Part shown: positions 14,478 to 27,816 of the stretch, piece after piece
Layout: the number at the start of each line of letters is the position of its first letter
How positions within the stretch are numbered: position 1 is the first letter of the stretch
Source of the DNA: Octopus vulgaris
Taxonomy: Eukaryota
Reading direction: 5' to 3'
Assembly (NCBI GenBank): GCA_951406725.2
Contig: OX597829.1
Coordinates: forward strand, 4,402,001-4,466,000
DNA length: 64,000 nucleotides
Made by a program: the position numbers and the translations under genes
The notes under the pieces: model-generated
What the model saw: the letters and a program-made list of their open reading frames with translations, nothing else
The model's database searches: none
Told to the model about the DNA's origin: nothing

Positions 14478-15037
14478 GTAAGTGTATAAATTTCTCTCGC
14501 TTTTTACAGACATATATAGATGTGTATGTGTATATATATACGCATATACAACTTTTGGTACATGTATATATATGCGAACATACAAGCTTATATGTGTATA
14601 AACATCTGTCTATATAAATACATATAGACATACATACACACATACATACAAACACACGCACATATATATATATACATATATATATAAATCATATTTGTTT
14701 ATATACATATATATACAACTTTTATTTCGTGTATATACTATCAAACATACATGCATATATGTATATATATTTTCCTTGTTTTGTATGTCCTGTACTCTAT
14801 TTTTTCGTTGTTTAAGAAAAATGTCCATATCATTGGTTTTGTGTTTATGTTTTTGTTTCTCATTGTGTTCGACGTTTTTTGGTGTCCTGTACCCATATAT
14901 GCATGTATATATACATGTAGAGGTAGGTACGTACATATATGTATGTATGTATATATGCATATGTTTTATTTATTTATTAATTTATTATATAACGAAACGC
15001 ACGCATCCATTTCTAAGCAAGATTGTTCTTATATATA

Positions 15038-15123
<86 letters not shown>

Positions 15124-15570
15124 CACACACAAATTGTTACATGTTTATATAACTTAAGTTTCGGCCAGTATTGGCCCAGACCTGTCTATATATGGTTCCA
15201 CGTTCAGTCCCACTGTTTGGCACCTTGTGAGTGGATTTGGTAGACGGAAACTGAAAGAAGCCCATCATATACATGCATATATATGTGTGTGTGCTTGTGT
15301 TTGTCTCCACAGCGTCACTTGACAATCGATGCTGGTGTGTTTACATCCCCCGTAACTTAGCAGTTCAGCAGAACAGACCGATAGAATAAGTACTAGGCTT
15401 ACAAAGAATAAGTCCTGGGGTCGATTTGCTAGGTTAAAGGCAATGCTCTAGCATGGCCAAAGTGAAATGACTGAAGCAAATGAAAGAATATGCATATATA
15501 TATATATAATATATTAAATTAGAGATGTGTGTATATATATATACATAAATATATATATATATACATATAG

Positions 15571-15622
<52 letters not shown>

Positions 15623-16249
15623 ATGTATGTATGTGTATATATATGTATGCATATGGCTATGTATGTTTATATATGCATGCATGTTTATGTATGTATATAT
15701 GTATATGCATATATATATATATATCATTATCATTATCATTAATATTTGAGTGAGAGATCAGTGCATGCCATCAAAGTGACACTGGGGTTAAAATATACGG
15801 AGCCCAGTATACCCATCATGACTACCTGTCTGATAAGGGTACACTAGGCACATGCATCACAACCATTTGTGCGTGACACTGTGATCTCATATCAAGATAA
15901 ACAGCACATGACCTTGTAGGTGGGGTCCAGTTAGAATTTTCTTCTGGTCGAGTAACCAACCCATCCCGCTCAAAAGGTCCCTGAATAAGGATTGTTTAAG
16001 GATGTTGAACGAACCACCCACGTTTCCATGTTTCAAGCCCCAAAGAATCCCTCTCAACACATGGCTATGATGCTCCCCCACTACTTCTGCTCGTGATCAG
16101 AGATGCACATATCGTCAGCCACTAAGGGACATGCTCAACTGGTTATGGTCAAACAACTGACAAACAAATCTGTGGTATTGAGCATCTTTTATACCAAGAA
16201 AAAACAATGTACATTATTATTATCATTATTATTATTATTATTATTGTTA

Positions 16250-16317
<68 letters not shown>

Positions 16318-17745
16318 TTAGATTAACAAATTAATGATGGAGAAACGCCGAAGGACGCGCATCAATAACTGCTTGTCCGAGTTAAAAACTCTCGTCTTGA
16401 AAGCTCTCAAGAAAGATGTAAGTAGCTTTTGAAGTTATTGTTTGAATACTTAAGGGATATTTAGCTGTTATTCCTAGTACATCCAGCAACCACCTGTTAT
16501 CGTTGTTTATTTGTCAGCATGGATTTATGATACGGGACCACAAGGGCTTTGTTTAAGCCAGGGGTGGCCCATAGTGCCTGTACGAGGCTGCATTTTATAG
16601 AATTAATGCGGAAGTTACACACAGGCTCTGTTTAGACTAGGGGTTACCAGAAGCTTTAAGGGGGTCACGAGTAAAAAATTGGTGATTTGTGGGTCCATAT
16701 ATGCATTTTGTTTACACGGAGGGGTGGAATTTATGCTATGAATATAACGATTTCATTGTTAGGTTTTAATAACCTATAAACAAATATTTTATTTCAAAAA
16801 TTTATATGCGTGGTTATATGGGGGTTCACAGACGAACAGAAAGCTCTCAGGGATTCGTGAAGCGAAATAAGGTTGGGAACTCCTGGTTTAGACAATAGTT
16901 CGGATTTAAGCCAAAAAAAATAATGATTGAAAACCTTTTTTTAAGGGCCCTCAGATGATAAGATAGCTGTCAGGGTCTCCACAAAGTTGGGAACCCCTAC
17001 TTTTAGAGCATATCTGGAATATAAGCCAGGTGGCACCTCGGGCAAGTGTCTTCTATAGCCTCGGGCCGACCAAAGCCTTGTGAGGGGATCTGGTAGACGG
17101 AAACTGAAAGAAGCCCATCGTATATATATAAGCGATGCTGGTGTGTTTACGTCGCCGTAAATTGGCGGTTCGGCAAAAGACACCGATAGAATAAGTACTA
17201 GGTTTACAAAGAATGAGTCCTGGGGTCGATTTGCTCGGCCAAAGACGGTGCTCCAGCATGGCCACAGTCAAATGACTGAAACAAGTATAAGACTAACCGC
17301 ATACGGCTGTGCCTCTAAGTAAAATATGGAATATAACACACAACACGGACATATGTATGTGTGTGTATATGCGGAAATACAACACGTACATATATAGATA
17401 CATATATACGTACATATATAGATACATATATACATACATATATATATATACATATATATATATACGCAAAAAAATATATATACGACAGGAAACAGCGAAA
17501 AATCTTAAGTGTGTGAAAGGAAATATATATAGTGTTAGTATTATAACCATTCTTATACAAACGTTAATGTGTAACCTACACGGATGCCAACGAGGGCTTT
17601 TGAGATTTTTTCCCACGCTTACATTTAGAAAGCCGAACAGAGGTATGTGTGTGTGTGTATATGTATGTGTGCGTATTTATTATATATATATATATATATA
17701 TATTTCTGTATATGTATATATGTATATTTATGTGTGTGTGGTGTT

Positions 17746-17798
<53 letters not shown>

Positions 17799-17831
17799 AT
17801 GTACATTTATGTATATATATTTGTGTGTGCT

Positions 17832-17875
<44 letters not shown>

Positions 17876-19065
17876 TGTATATATATATATGTATATTTAT
17901 GTGTATATATATACATATATACACATATATACACATATATATATGCGTGGCATCTTGGGCAAGTGTCTTCTACTATAGGCTCAGGCCGACCAAAGCCTTG
18001 TGAGTGGATTTGGTAGATGGAAACTGAGAGAAGCCCGTCGCAAATATATCTAAAATATATACATACACACATAAATACATATATCAAAAATATATATGCA
18101 TATATATATAAATATATATGTGTGTGTGTGCCCCAGCACGGCCGCACTCTTAGAGCTGAAACAGAATAATAGATATGAGTATATATATATTTCTTTTCTT
18201 TTATTTATTTTCTCCTTCTCCTCCTCCTTCACCGCCTTCTTTCTCTAATCTGATACGGGGCCTGACTCCCTGAATTTGCAAGCTATCAAGACGTGCCCTC
18301 CAGGGGTCAACGCTGATTTCTCAGCCCCGTGAGAAAGTGGTCGGTAGTTTTTTTAAGAATGGCATGCGGCAGCGGGAGGCCGGATGACTGACATACGCGC
18401 CTGAATGCTTGTGTGTGTGTATATATATGTTGTATACACACACAGATTGTGTATATATATATATATATATAAACATGTATATTCTTGTATAGGTATATAT
18501 ATATGTATATACATGATGTATAGGTATGTATATATATATACATGTATATATTTGTATGTATGTAGAGATATATACATATGTATATATTTGTATTTATGTA
18601 TAGGTATATATATGTAGAAGTATGTATGGTCATGTGTGTGTATATAAGTATGTATATATATGTTTGTGCGCGCGTGTGGCATAGCTATAGAACGGGAGCG
18701 CACAATCGGCTTTCTTCCCACCCCCGTTGCCCCCTTTTTTCTTCTTTATAAATATCTCGTTTCCTCTTCCCTTAACGCACACCCGTTCATCGTTCAGTTC
18801 CCCCACCTCTCTTCCTCCACTGCCGCCGCCGACATCGCACACGCAGCCACCGTCCTTTCTTTCTTGAAGTAAGTGGTGGGGATAGGAGGAGGTGGTTGCG
18901 GTGTGTGTGTGTGTGTGGGGGCTGCGGTTTTTGTTTGTTTTTTTTTTTCGGTAGGGGGAGGCGAGGGCGGGACGCTGATGACCTCAGCCCGCGTGAAATG
19001 TAGAAAAAAGCCTGGGAAAGTAAACACGTGATCTTGTAATCTTAAAAACAAGACTTGTTGCTCCT

Positions 19066-19103
<38 letters not shown>

Positions 19104-19325
19104 ACACACGTACACACACTCACACACTCACACACAGAATCTTCCTTGCGGCCCAGTGGCCTAAAGTACAGCATCTATTTATTTATTTATTTATTTTTTG
19201 CTTGCTCATCTAAATATCTATGTGTTTTTAGTTATCGGACTGTCGCCTAGCTGGAGCACCGCCTTCAAAGAATTCTTCGTCGTATATATATATATATATA
19301 TATATATACGACGAAGAATTCTTTG

Positions 19326-19358
<33 letters not shown>

Positions 19359-20495
19359 ATATATATATGTATGTATATATATATGTATATATATGTATAT
19401 GAAAAGCCCATGAGTGGCTGTGTGGTAACTAGCTTTCTTACGAACAACATGGTTCCGGGTTCAGTCCCACTGCGTGGCAGTTTGGGCAAGTGTCTTCTAC
19501 TATAAGTACTAGGCTTACAAAGAATATGTCTTTTGACTGGAGCACCGCAATTAAAGAGAAACATTTGGTAAAGAACGGGGCGGGGATGGCCGGAAGTTTC
19601 CCCCTATTATTTGCTGTAAATAAAACGTTTTCGTATTGTTTATTTAATTTTTCTTTCGTTTTGAATTTTTCAGGGAGAACAGTTCTCCAAACTTGAAAAA
19701 GTCGACATCTTGGAAATGACGGTTAAATATCTCCGTTTCCTGCACCAGCAACAGCAGGTGAACCTTACAAGTGACTCTTTGGGAAGCAAGTACCGTGTTC
19801 CGTTGGATTTATCCGCTGAAGTCTTGCGTTACATGAACAGCGATGAGACGAGAAACCGTTTGACCGACCACATTAGTAAATGTGTTCGGGTTAGCAACGT
19901 GGCCGCTGCGACCCAGAATTTACCAAACAGTACAACACACCCTTCGTCAACGTCTTCCCCCACTGCGGCAACCACGGCAACCATTTCCGCTGCTGTGCCT
20001 CACCAAATCAACGCAACCCCTCAGACCAACGACCGCGTCCATCATACTCATCACACAGGTCCCTTCGTTGACAAACCCTCAGCGCACATTATGTTACCCA
20101 TCGCATCAAAACAGTCCGAGAGCAGCTTCTTACTCGCAGCCGCATCGTCTGATTCCCAATACAAAACCGTTGCTGTATCATACACCCCTGTAACATCAGA
20201 CAACACACTTGCAAGCACCAACCATCCATCACATGTTGTTACTTCGCCAATCTCATCAGTCACAGCTCTCAGCCCAGCTGCATCACCCTCAATCCTACAT
20301 ATGAAGGCACTCGTCCCTGACAACAGCGTAAACACCGGAAATTGTTACTTATCTACAGTTCCGCTTTATGTGAGCAGTATCGGTCAGATAGCTAACCCAA
20401 ACACAGCAAACGTTGCCGGTTTTTACACACAACAAATAAAAAGGAACGCTTCACCTGATCCCAGTAAAATTCTTCCTTTGTGGAGGCCTTGGTAA
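14421..20495 (+). CDS. HES1: Hairy/Enhancer-of-split (HES1/HES4-like) bHLH-Orange-WRPW transcriptional repressor; 3 coding exons join(14421..14477,16322..16417,19674..20495), about 324 aa
   Basis: Spliced translation [19 protein letters not shown]|[32 protein letters not shown]|[23 protein letters not shown]...PLWRPW*. Both introns are phase 0 GT-AG at the conserved HES1 positions. The C-terminus is the WRPW Groucho motif. The exact paralog or ortholog is uncertain. Confidence 0.93.
15190..15490 (+). mobile_element. SINE family A (internally deleted) in HES intron 1
   Basis: Head fragment plus tail motifs. Confidence 0.75.
16322..16417 (+). CDS. HES1: HES-like gene coding exon 2 (basic region plus helix 1)
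   Basis: 96-nt exon between ttttAG (16320-16321) and GTAAGT (16418). It encodes [32 protein letters not shown], matching HES1 exon 2 in length and sequence. Confidence 0.93.
16555..17005. mobile_element. hAT-like MITE remnants in HES intron 2
   Basis: caggggtggccc start; aaggttgggaactcctg and aagttgggaacccct ends resemble the CAGGGGTTCCCAAC-type hAT terminal repeat. Confidence 0.45.
19674..20495 (+). CDS. HES1: HES-like gene coding exon 3 (loop, helix 2, Orange-like domain, S/T/P-rich tail, WRPW)
   Basis: Polypyrimidine tract plus CAG acceptor at 19671-19673. In frame with ORF 19710..20495. Contains [16 protein letters not shown] and ends WRPW-TAA. Confidence 0.95.
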   Translation, partial: GEQFSKLEKVDILEMTVKYLRFLHQQQQVNLTSDSLGSKYRVPLDLSAEVLRYMNSDETRNRLTDHISKCVRVSNVAAATQNLPNSTTHPSSTSSPTAATTATISAAVPHQINATPQTNDRVHHTHHTGPFVDKPSAHIMLPIASKQSESSFLLAAASSDSQYKTVAVSYTPVTSDNTLASTNHPSHVVTSPISSVTALSPAASPSILHMKALVPDNSVNTGNCYLSTVPLYVSSIGQIANPNTANVAGFYTQQIKRNASPDPSKILPLWRPW

Positions 20496-20752
20496 AGCGA
20501 AACATTGCTGGACTATTTGTTAAATATGGCGTACATTATACGAGGATAAAAAACGGTCTTTGCTATACGAAGATAAAAAACGGTCTTTGCATATATATAT
20601 ATCTGTATATATATATAATATAATATAAAATTTAGATTCAGATGAATATGGTACTTAAGTGGAGGCACCAAAATTTAAGTATGGTATTATCCATACAATT
20701 TCAAAATAAGGTGTTTAAAATCAAAACAAGCAACAAAGATATCCAGAGGTAA

Positions 20753-20844
20753 TGCAGTACGATCGTTTCAGGCGACTCAATTTAATTGAACAATGCAATC
20801 ATTTCGTTACATCCGTTTAAAATGTAGAGCAGTCTTCAGCTGCA
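20753..20844 (-). ncRNA. Type I hammerhead-like motif (weak stem II), antisense to the HES 3' region
   Basis: Minus strand reads tgcag-CTGAAGA-...-GAAAC-GATC-GTA-ctgca, with a perfect 5-bp stem I and palindromic stem III. Confidence 0.55.
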
Positions 20845-21671
20845 CAAAGACAGAATTTAATTAAATTAGGACACGTTATTATAATTTTGTCCAAAATCTC
20901 CCAGAGGATAAGGAGATGGACAAAGAACATGTTTTTACCAACATCACAGTTATAAATCTACATTTTAAATTGATGTAATGAAAATGATTGATAAGAGCCT
21001 GTCCTAAATCCCACATCGCTCCCCAGATTAACGAACAATTTCTCTGGATTACCAAAATGGATCCCAAACAGCACAAACAGATTTAATTTTACACATGATC
21101 TGTGTGCCATGGACAAAACTTCATATATACATACATGTGTATATATATATATATATACCGATAAAAGCACCAGGCTTAACAAAACGAAAAATAAGTGTCC
21201 GTTCATTCAGTTAAAACTCTCCAGCATGGTCGCCATCTGTTTTTCCCGCCATCATCTCCATATATAAAGAAATGGCTAAAAAACTCTCAATTTTTTCTCA
21301 CAAAAATACCCGAAACTAAAAACCCTAACCCGATCGATCATCTGGCTGTGATATAACGTTTTTTTTGCTGTAAAATGACTACTTTTTTGAAAATTTAATA
21401 CTTAATAATAATAATAAAATAAATATACATTTTCAAATCTTGTGTTGTAATTCTTTATATCAATTTTCCCATCATCATCGTTTAACGTCCGGTTTCCTTG
21501 CTAGCACGGATTGGACGGTTCGACCGGGGTCTGGGAAACCAGGAGGCTGCACCAGGCTCCAGTCTGATCTGGCAGTGTTTCTACAGCTGGATGCCCTTCC
21601 TAACGCTAACCACTCCGTGAGTGCAGTGGGTACTACATACATATATATATATATAAATATATATATATATA

Positions 21672-21704
<33 letters not shown>

Positions 21705-22229
21705 CATCATCATCGTCGTTTAATGTCCGCTTTCCATGCTAGCATGGGTTGGACGGTTCGACCGGAAGCCAGGAGGCTGCACCAGGCTCCAGTTTGATCT
21801 GGCAGTGTTTCTACTGCTGGATGCCCTTCCTAATGCCGACCACTCCGTGGATGATTTTTACGTGCCACCAGCACAGGTATCACAACTACAATTTCCATTT
21901 GATTTTTTGAAGTTGATGTACTTGACTCAACAAGTCTCCTCAAGCACAGGGTCGAAACGGTCTTTCTTTACTTGCCACCTGCACCGGAGTCAGTCCAGCG
22001 GCACTGTCAACGACCTCGCTCGAATGTTTTGTTTACGTGCCACCGGCACAAGTGCCAGTAATGCGACGCTAAAATAATTTTGTCGTGTTTTTCTGCTTTA
22101 AGTGACACTTTTAACGCTAATATTTCGAGTTAAAATGCTCCTCCCACTATCCTGTGCACTGAAAAAGATTTTAAATCTGGCGTTGCTAAATCTCAGGCTG
22201 CTATAGACGGTCTGAGGACAATATTGAAG

Positions 22230-23770
22230 TCAACCTTGCTCTAATTGCTGAGTCACTATCAGAACTAGTTTCAGGTGCTACAAAGGTAAAGGTGACGCTT
22301 TAGATACAAATAATTACAGAGGTATCAAGTAATGAAGGTCACGGTGAGTGTCACAGCCCAACTAATTAAGAGAGTCAGTTTAGATAAGATGCAGTTTGAT
22401 TTCGTGCCAGGGAAAAGCACCACTGATGCTATTCCTGGTAAGACAGCTGCAGGAGAAATACCTAACCAAAGATAAACCTGTGCCTGGCTTTCGTTGACAT
22501 GGAGAAAGACTTTGACAGGGTCCCCGATCCCTTATCTGGTGGTCAATGAGGAAACTAGGGATAGATGAATGGTTAGTAAGAGCTGTGCGAGCCATGTACA
22601 GGGACACTGTCAGCAAGGTGAGGGTTGGCAACGAGTACAGTGAAGAATTCCGGGTAGAGGTAAGGGTCCACCAAGGTTCAGTCCTCAGGCCCCACCTATT
22701 TATTATAGTTCTCCAGGCAATAACGGAGGAATTCAAGACAGAAATCCCTTGGGAGCTCCTCTATGCTGATGACCTTGCTCTAATTGCTGAGTCACTATCA
22801 GAACTAGAAGAGAAATGTCAGGTGTGGAAACAAGGATTAGAATCAAAGGGCCTTAGAGAGTCAACCTAGCTAAAACCAAAGTCCTAATAAGTAGGAAGGC
22901 AGGCAAACCACAAATCCCTTCAGGTGGATGGCCCTGCTCGATCTGTAGTAGAGGTGTAGGTAGAAAAGATGTACCCAGTGTAAGCTATGGACACATAAGA
23001 GGAGCAACAATATCAAAGGAAGGCCCACTGGGAAGATAGTTTTTGTATGTGGAAGATGCTCAGGAGCAATAAACACCGAAGATGTGCAGAGAACAACTTC
23101 CACCACATTATAGGGAGAAAAACAAGAAGTAGGTGATAGCTTCCGTTACCTAGGTGCCCAAGTCAGTAGAGGGGGAGGGTGCGCTGAAAGTGTAGCTGCT
23201 TGAATAAGAATAGCGTGGGCAAAGTTCAGAGAGCTCTTACCTCTGCTGGTGACAAACGGCCTCTCGCTCATAGTAAAAGATAGGCTGTATGACGCATGTG
23301 TATGAACAGCCATGCTACATGGCAGTGAAACATGGGCTGTGACTGCTGAGGACATGCGTAAGCTCGTAAAGAATGAAGCCAGTATAATCCGATGGATGTG
23401 TAATGTCAGAGTGTAAGTACCTTGAGAGAAAAGTTGGACCTAAGAAGCATCAGATGTAGTGTGCCAAGAGAGCCGACTGCGTTGGTATGGTCATGTGGCG
23501 AGAATGGATGAGGATAGCTGTGTGAAAAAGTGTTACCCCCTAGCGGTTGAGGAAGCGGTAGACCCAGGAAGACCTAGGATGAGGTGGTGAAGCACGACCT
23601 TCGAACATTAGGCCTCACCGAGGCAATGACTAGTGACCGGGACCTTTGGAAATATGCTGTGCTTGAGAAGACCTGGCAAGTGAGAACATAACCCATGGCC
23701 TACGACAGAGTGTAAGCGCCCCGAGAGAAATGTTTGACCTAAGAAGCATCAGATGTGTGTAAGAGAGCCG
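22230..23770 (+). mobile_element. RTE-clade LINE fragment (degenerate RT)
   Basis: VRVHQGSVLRPHLFIIVLQAITEEF...WELLYADDLALIAES; upstream frameshifted DMEK-FDRV motif; downstream RLRWYGHVARM-like remnant. Confidence 0.88.
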
Positions 23771-23890
23771 ACTGAACCCGGAACTATGTGGTTCGTAAGC
23801 AAGCTACTTAGCACTCAGCCACTCCTGCGCCTATATATATAGGCGTAGGAGTGGCTATATATATATATATATGTATAGGCGTAGGAGTGG

Positions 23891-23924
<34 letters not shown>

Positions 23925-23927
<3 letters not shown>

Positions 23928-26900
23928 TCAGATCCACAAATAGATGATACCAAAAATACAGAAAACATTGAAAAGAATGAAACAGAATGAGACCCAAAAC
24001 AGACTTATACCAAACACACAGTAGACCTAACACAAATCTGCAAAATATGCAATACCGAAATAAATAAGACAGAATCACATCTTCAACAGGGGAATACCAG
24101 AAGCATGGGAGATCTATTCACAGAAAACTGTAGTAAGTTGAATTTATTTCTTTAAAAAATTGATACAGTCTTTGCAAACATTGCTTTAACAATAAATACG
24201 ATCCAAACACAAAATATTCTCTCTAAAAATAATCAAGCAAACACAACTGACAACACAAATCTTTTGGCGGGACCAACCCAATCACAAAGGACAACAAATG
24301 ACGAAGAAACACAAACCAAGAAAAACCTTCAAAACCCCAAGGCTGGAACAAACTTCTAAACCAACGTAAACATGCTTATTTGAAAAGCATACGCTGTAAG
24401 AACATAGCCAACATATGCCAAAACTGGTGGGACAAGAAGAACCCAATACTCCCTAGAAAATTCCTTATCAAAGAAATAAGGGGTGAAACGCTAGAAGAAA
24501 AACAATACGTGCAAACCTAGCCCTCTGCCGACTAGAAACGGAAATTTCCCTTCTACAAACACGAAGCTCACACCAGGAAGATAAGATTAAAACAATTGAT
24601 ACCGTCATAATGGCCGAGATAACAGAAAAGAACAATAAGCAAAACAAAGAAAAACTACAACAATTATGGAAAGAGGATACCGAACGAGAGGAGGAAAGAT
24701 CCAGATTTATGTGGACCAAACAACATGAGTGGTTTTTAAACTACGAAAAGAACTATGGGGAAGAATCAATTATGAAAACAAAAAACTACCAAAACAAATG
24801 AAAAGATACAAAAAACCAACATCACGAACATATTGGACTCCCATACATCCAAATAAGCCCTACCAAACACAAACCAAAAACCCGCTCCTTACACTGCCGA
24901 CCCCCCCCCCCCCAATAAACAGATACACAAAATATGAAAGACAACCATCAACCCAAAACCCCACAAAAACAAACACACCAACAGCAAGACGAGCACAATA
25001 CATACAACCAACAACCTATAACACTTGGAGAGAACAAATAGAATATGAACAACCACCAACACATAACACTGGACATCGTAAAAGGACACACACATGGAAC
25101 AATAAACAAGTGGATAGAAATCAACACATAACCTACAACAAACATCGAGGAAATCCAAACCATACTAGCACCAACCCCATGCGACCCCACAAATTTACAA
25201 GACGTATAAAAAAACAACCCCCACTATCAATACAATACAAACACAAAACATGAACCATCCACATACCCAAAAAGAAACCTGAACCCCAACAATAGAAATT
25301 GGCTCAACAAACACAGAAGATGGGAAGAAAACAACTACCAAAGATAAAACAACACATACAGACCACCCCTACGGCTACAAGAAAACCTAAGACCTGAAAA
25401 TGGAATCTGGAGACGCAACAACACAACCCCTTTTTTAGGGAAAGGATACTTTAACCATACTCCAGACCCAATACACCAAAAATTCCGAATGAACACACAA
25501 AACACATAGACCCCAAAATAATAAACCTATCTAAAAGAGAACTTAACGAAAATGAAATGGACCTACTACTAAAAGGCCTCAAATTTACACCCACACCCAC
25601 TCCAAATCTCATAGAACTAAAAACTGATATAGACAACTTCAGCCGCCACCTCCGCCTTATTGAATTCTTTGAAAATAAAGAAACAGAAGATAACTCAATC
25701 ATAAGGAAAAAATCCCATTTCACCCTTTACAAGGGAAGTGACAAACACATTGACGCATACATAGAGACAATATCCAAATTCCCTCTCCACACACACAAAT
25801 GCAAACAGAATCTCCGCAGAGAAGAAAAACAAGCCTTACAAAAACTGAAAAATGACAAGTCAATCATTATAAAAGAAGCTGACAAAGGTGGAGCAATAGT
25901 AATTATGGATACAGATTACTATAAAGAAAATATACTGGAGTTACTGAACAACCAGACATACTATAAAGAGGAACCAACACCACCGGAGAAAGCAACAATA
26001 AAAAAAATTAGAACTTTAGTCAATGAATACCAGGACTCCTTTACAGATAAGGAGAAAGACTATCTATGCAACTCAAGAACCAAGGATAGCAACTTTTATG
26101 GATTACCTAAAATTCATAAAAGCTCTGAAATACAGAGAGCCATAAAGGAACAGAGGAACCACTATATAAGAATACAAAGGCCTGCAGACCTCACAATGAG
26201 ACCAATAGTGGCAGGACTCCAGGCACCAACACAACAACTAAGCTACTTCATAGATGTACTCCTCAAACCTTTATACCCACAGATACCAAGCTACATAAGG
26301 GATGACATAGACTTCCTCACACACATTCCAAATACAGTTCCGAAAAACACCATACTTGCAAGCTTCGATGTCATAAACCTATACACGAACATACCACACA
26401 CCCTAGGTCTGGAAGAAATAAAACAATCGGTAGAAAAATACAGGGAACTCATAGACGAACGTTTCAAGACAGACTTTATCACCCAAGCCACCCAATTAAT
26501 ACTCGAAGAAAATACATTCTCATTCAACAACAAGCCAAACGACAGATAAAGGGCACGGCTATGGGTACAAAATTCTCATCTTCATATGCCAACCTGGTGA
26601 TGGGTTTCCTTGAGAACAAACTATACGATGAAATAGGGAAAGTCTTCGAACACAACTTCAGAGAAGACATCAAGAAAAAGTGGAAACGCTACTCAATGAC
26701 TGCTTCATCTTTAGGAACAGATCAAAAGAAGACCTACGAGCATTCCACAATATCCTCAACACGCTGCACCCATCTATCAACTTCACAATAGATACCAGCC
26801 ACAACGAACTTCCCTTCCTAGACATCAGCATCAAGATATACAACTCCATCATCACAACAGGCATCCACTACAAAAAAACCGACACACACCAATATTTAAA

Positions 26901-27755
26901 TTTCCACTCCTGCCACCCATCCCACATAAAAAGAAACATCCCATATAGTATGGCACGACGAATATGTAGCATAGTAACTGACTCACAAACACGACTAATA
27001 AGACTAGATGAACTTAAAAACTTCTCACTAGAACAAAAATACTCCACTAAACTGATAAAAATGGAATCTCAAGAGCAATGAAACTAGATATCGCACAACT
27101 CAGGACACCCAAAACAAAAAAAAAAACAAAACAAAGAAAACATTATCCTTTTCATAAACACACACAACCCTGGAGTTACCAACATGTTCCAAATCATACA
27201 TACTAAACAAATATTGCATAAAAACAGTAGACGACAAGACAAAAACCTAAAGACACATCTAACAAGAGCGAAATTCTCTTCAGAAACTAAAACGGAATTC
27301 TTTGTAAAAGAGTCCGGAGATGGTAGATGTGGGATCTGCAGTAACCCCACCTACAAATACATAGAGGGAGACAAAGAAATGAAATTTAAAAGTGGTCGCA
27401 TTTTTAAAATAAATGCAGATATGAACTGCAAGACGCAGAACGTAATATACTGCATAACCTGACCCACATGCAAGGAGGATAACATAGGTGAAACTGGAAA
27501 TTCTTTATGCCAACGAGCCAGGATTCACCGACAACATGTCCGACAGGAAGAACTGCGCAAGATACCACTGATACATGTGGAGAAGGAAAATTTAAGATCT
27601 TTCCCTTCTACAAATGTCCAAAGAATGACATCTCCTTCAGGAGGAATATGGAAATATATTTCATAACTAAGTTCTCCACCAAATTGAATGGCTGAAAATA
27701 TCTCTATAATAAGCTGTGCCAGATGAAGGACCAAATTTGTTAAGTAAACTGTATT

Positions 27756-27760
<5 letters not shown>
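23925..27760 (+). mobile_element. Penelope-like retroelement (RT plus GIY-YIG endonuclease), frameshifted
   Basis: LKGLKFTPTP, IIIKEADKGGAIVIMD, FYGLPKIHK, RPIVAG, SFDVINLYTNIP, MGTKFSSSYANL, LPFLDI, NVIYCITCPTC...GETG; A/C-rich N-terminal region. Confidence 0.92.

Positions 27761-27816
<56 letters not shown>

Noticed and set aside
19710-20495. Single-exon gene starting at 19710
   Set aside because: The start is a TTG inside helix 2; the true N-terminus comes from upstream exons at 14421 and 16322.
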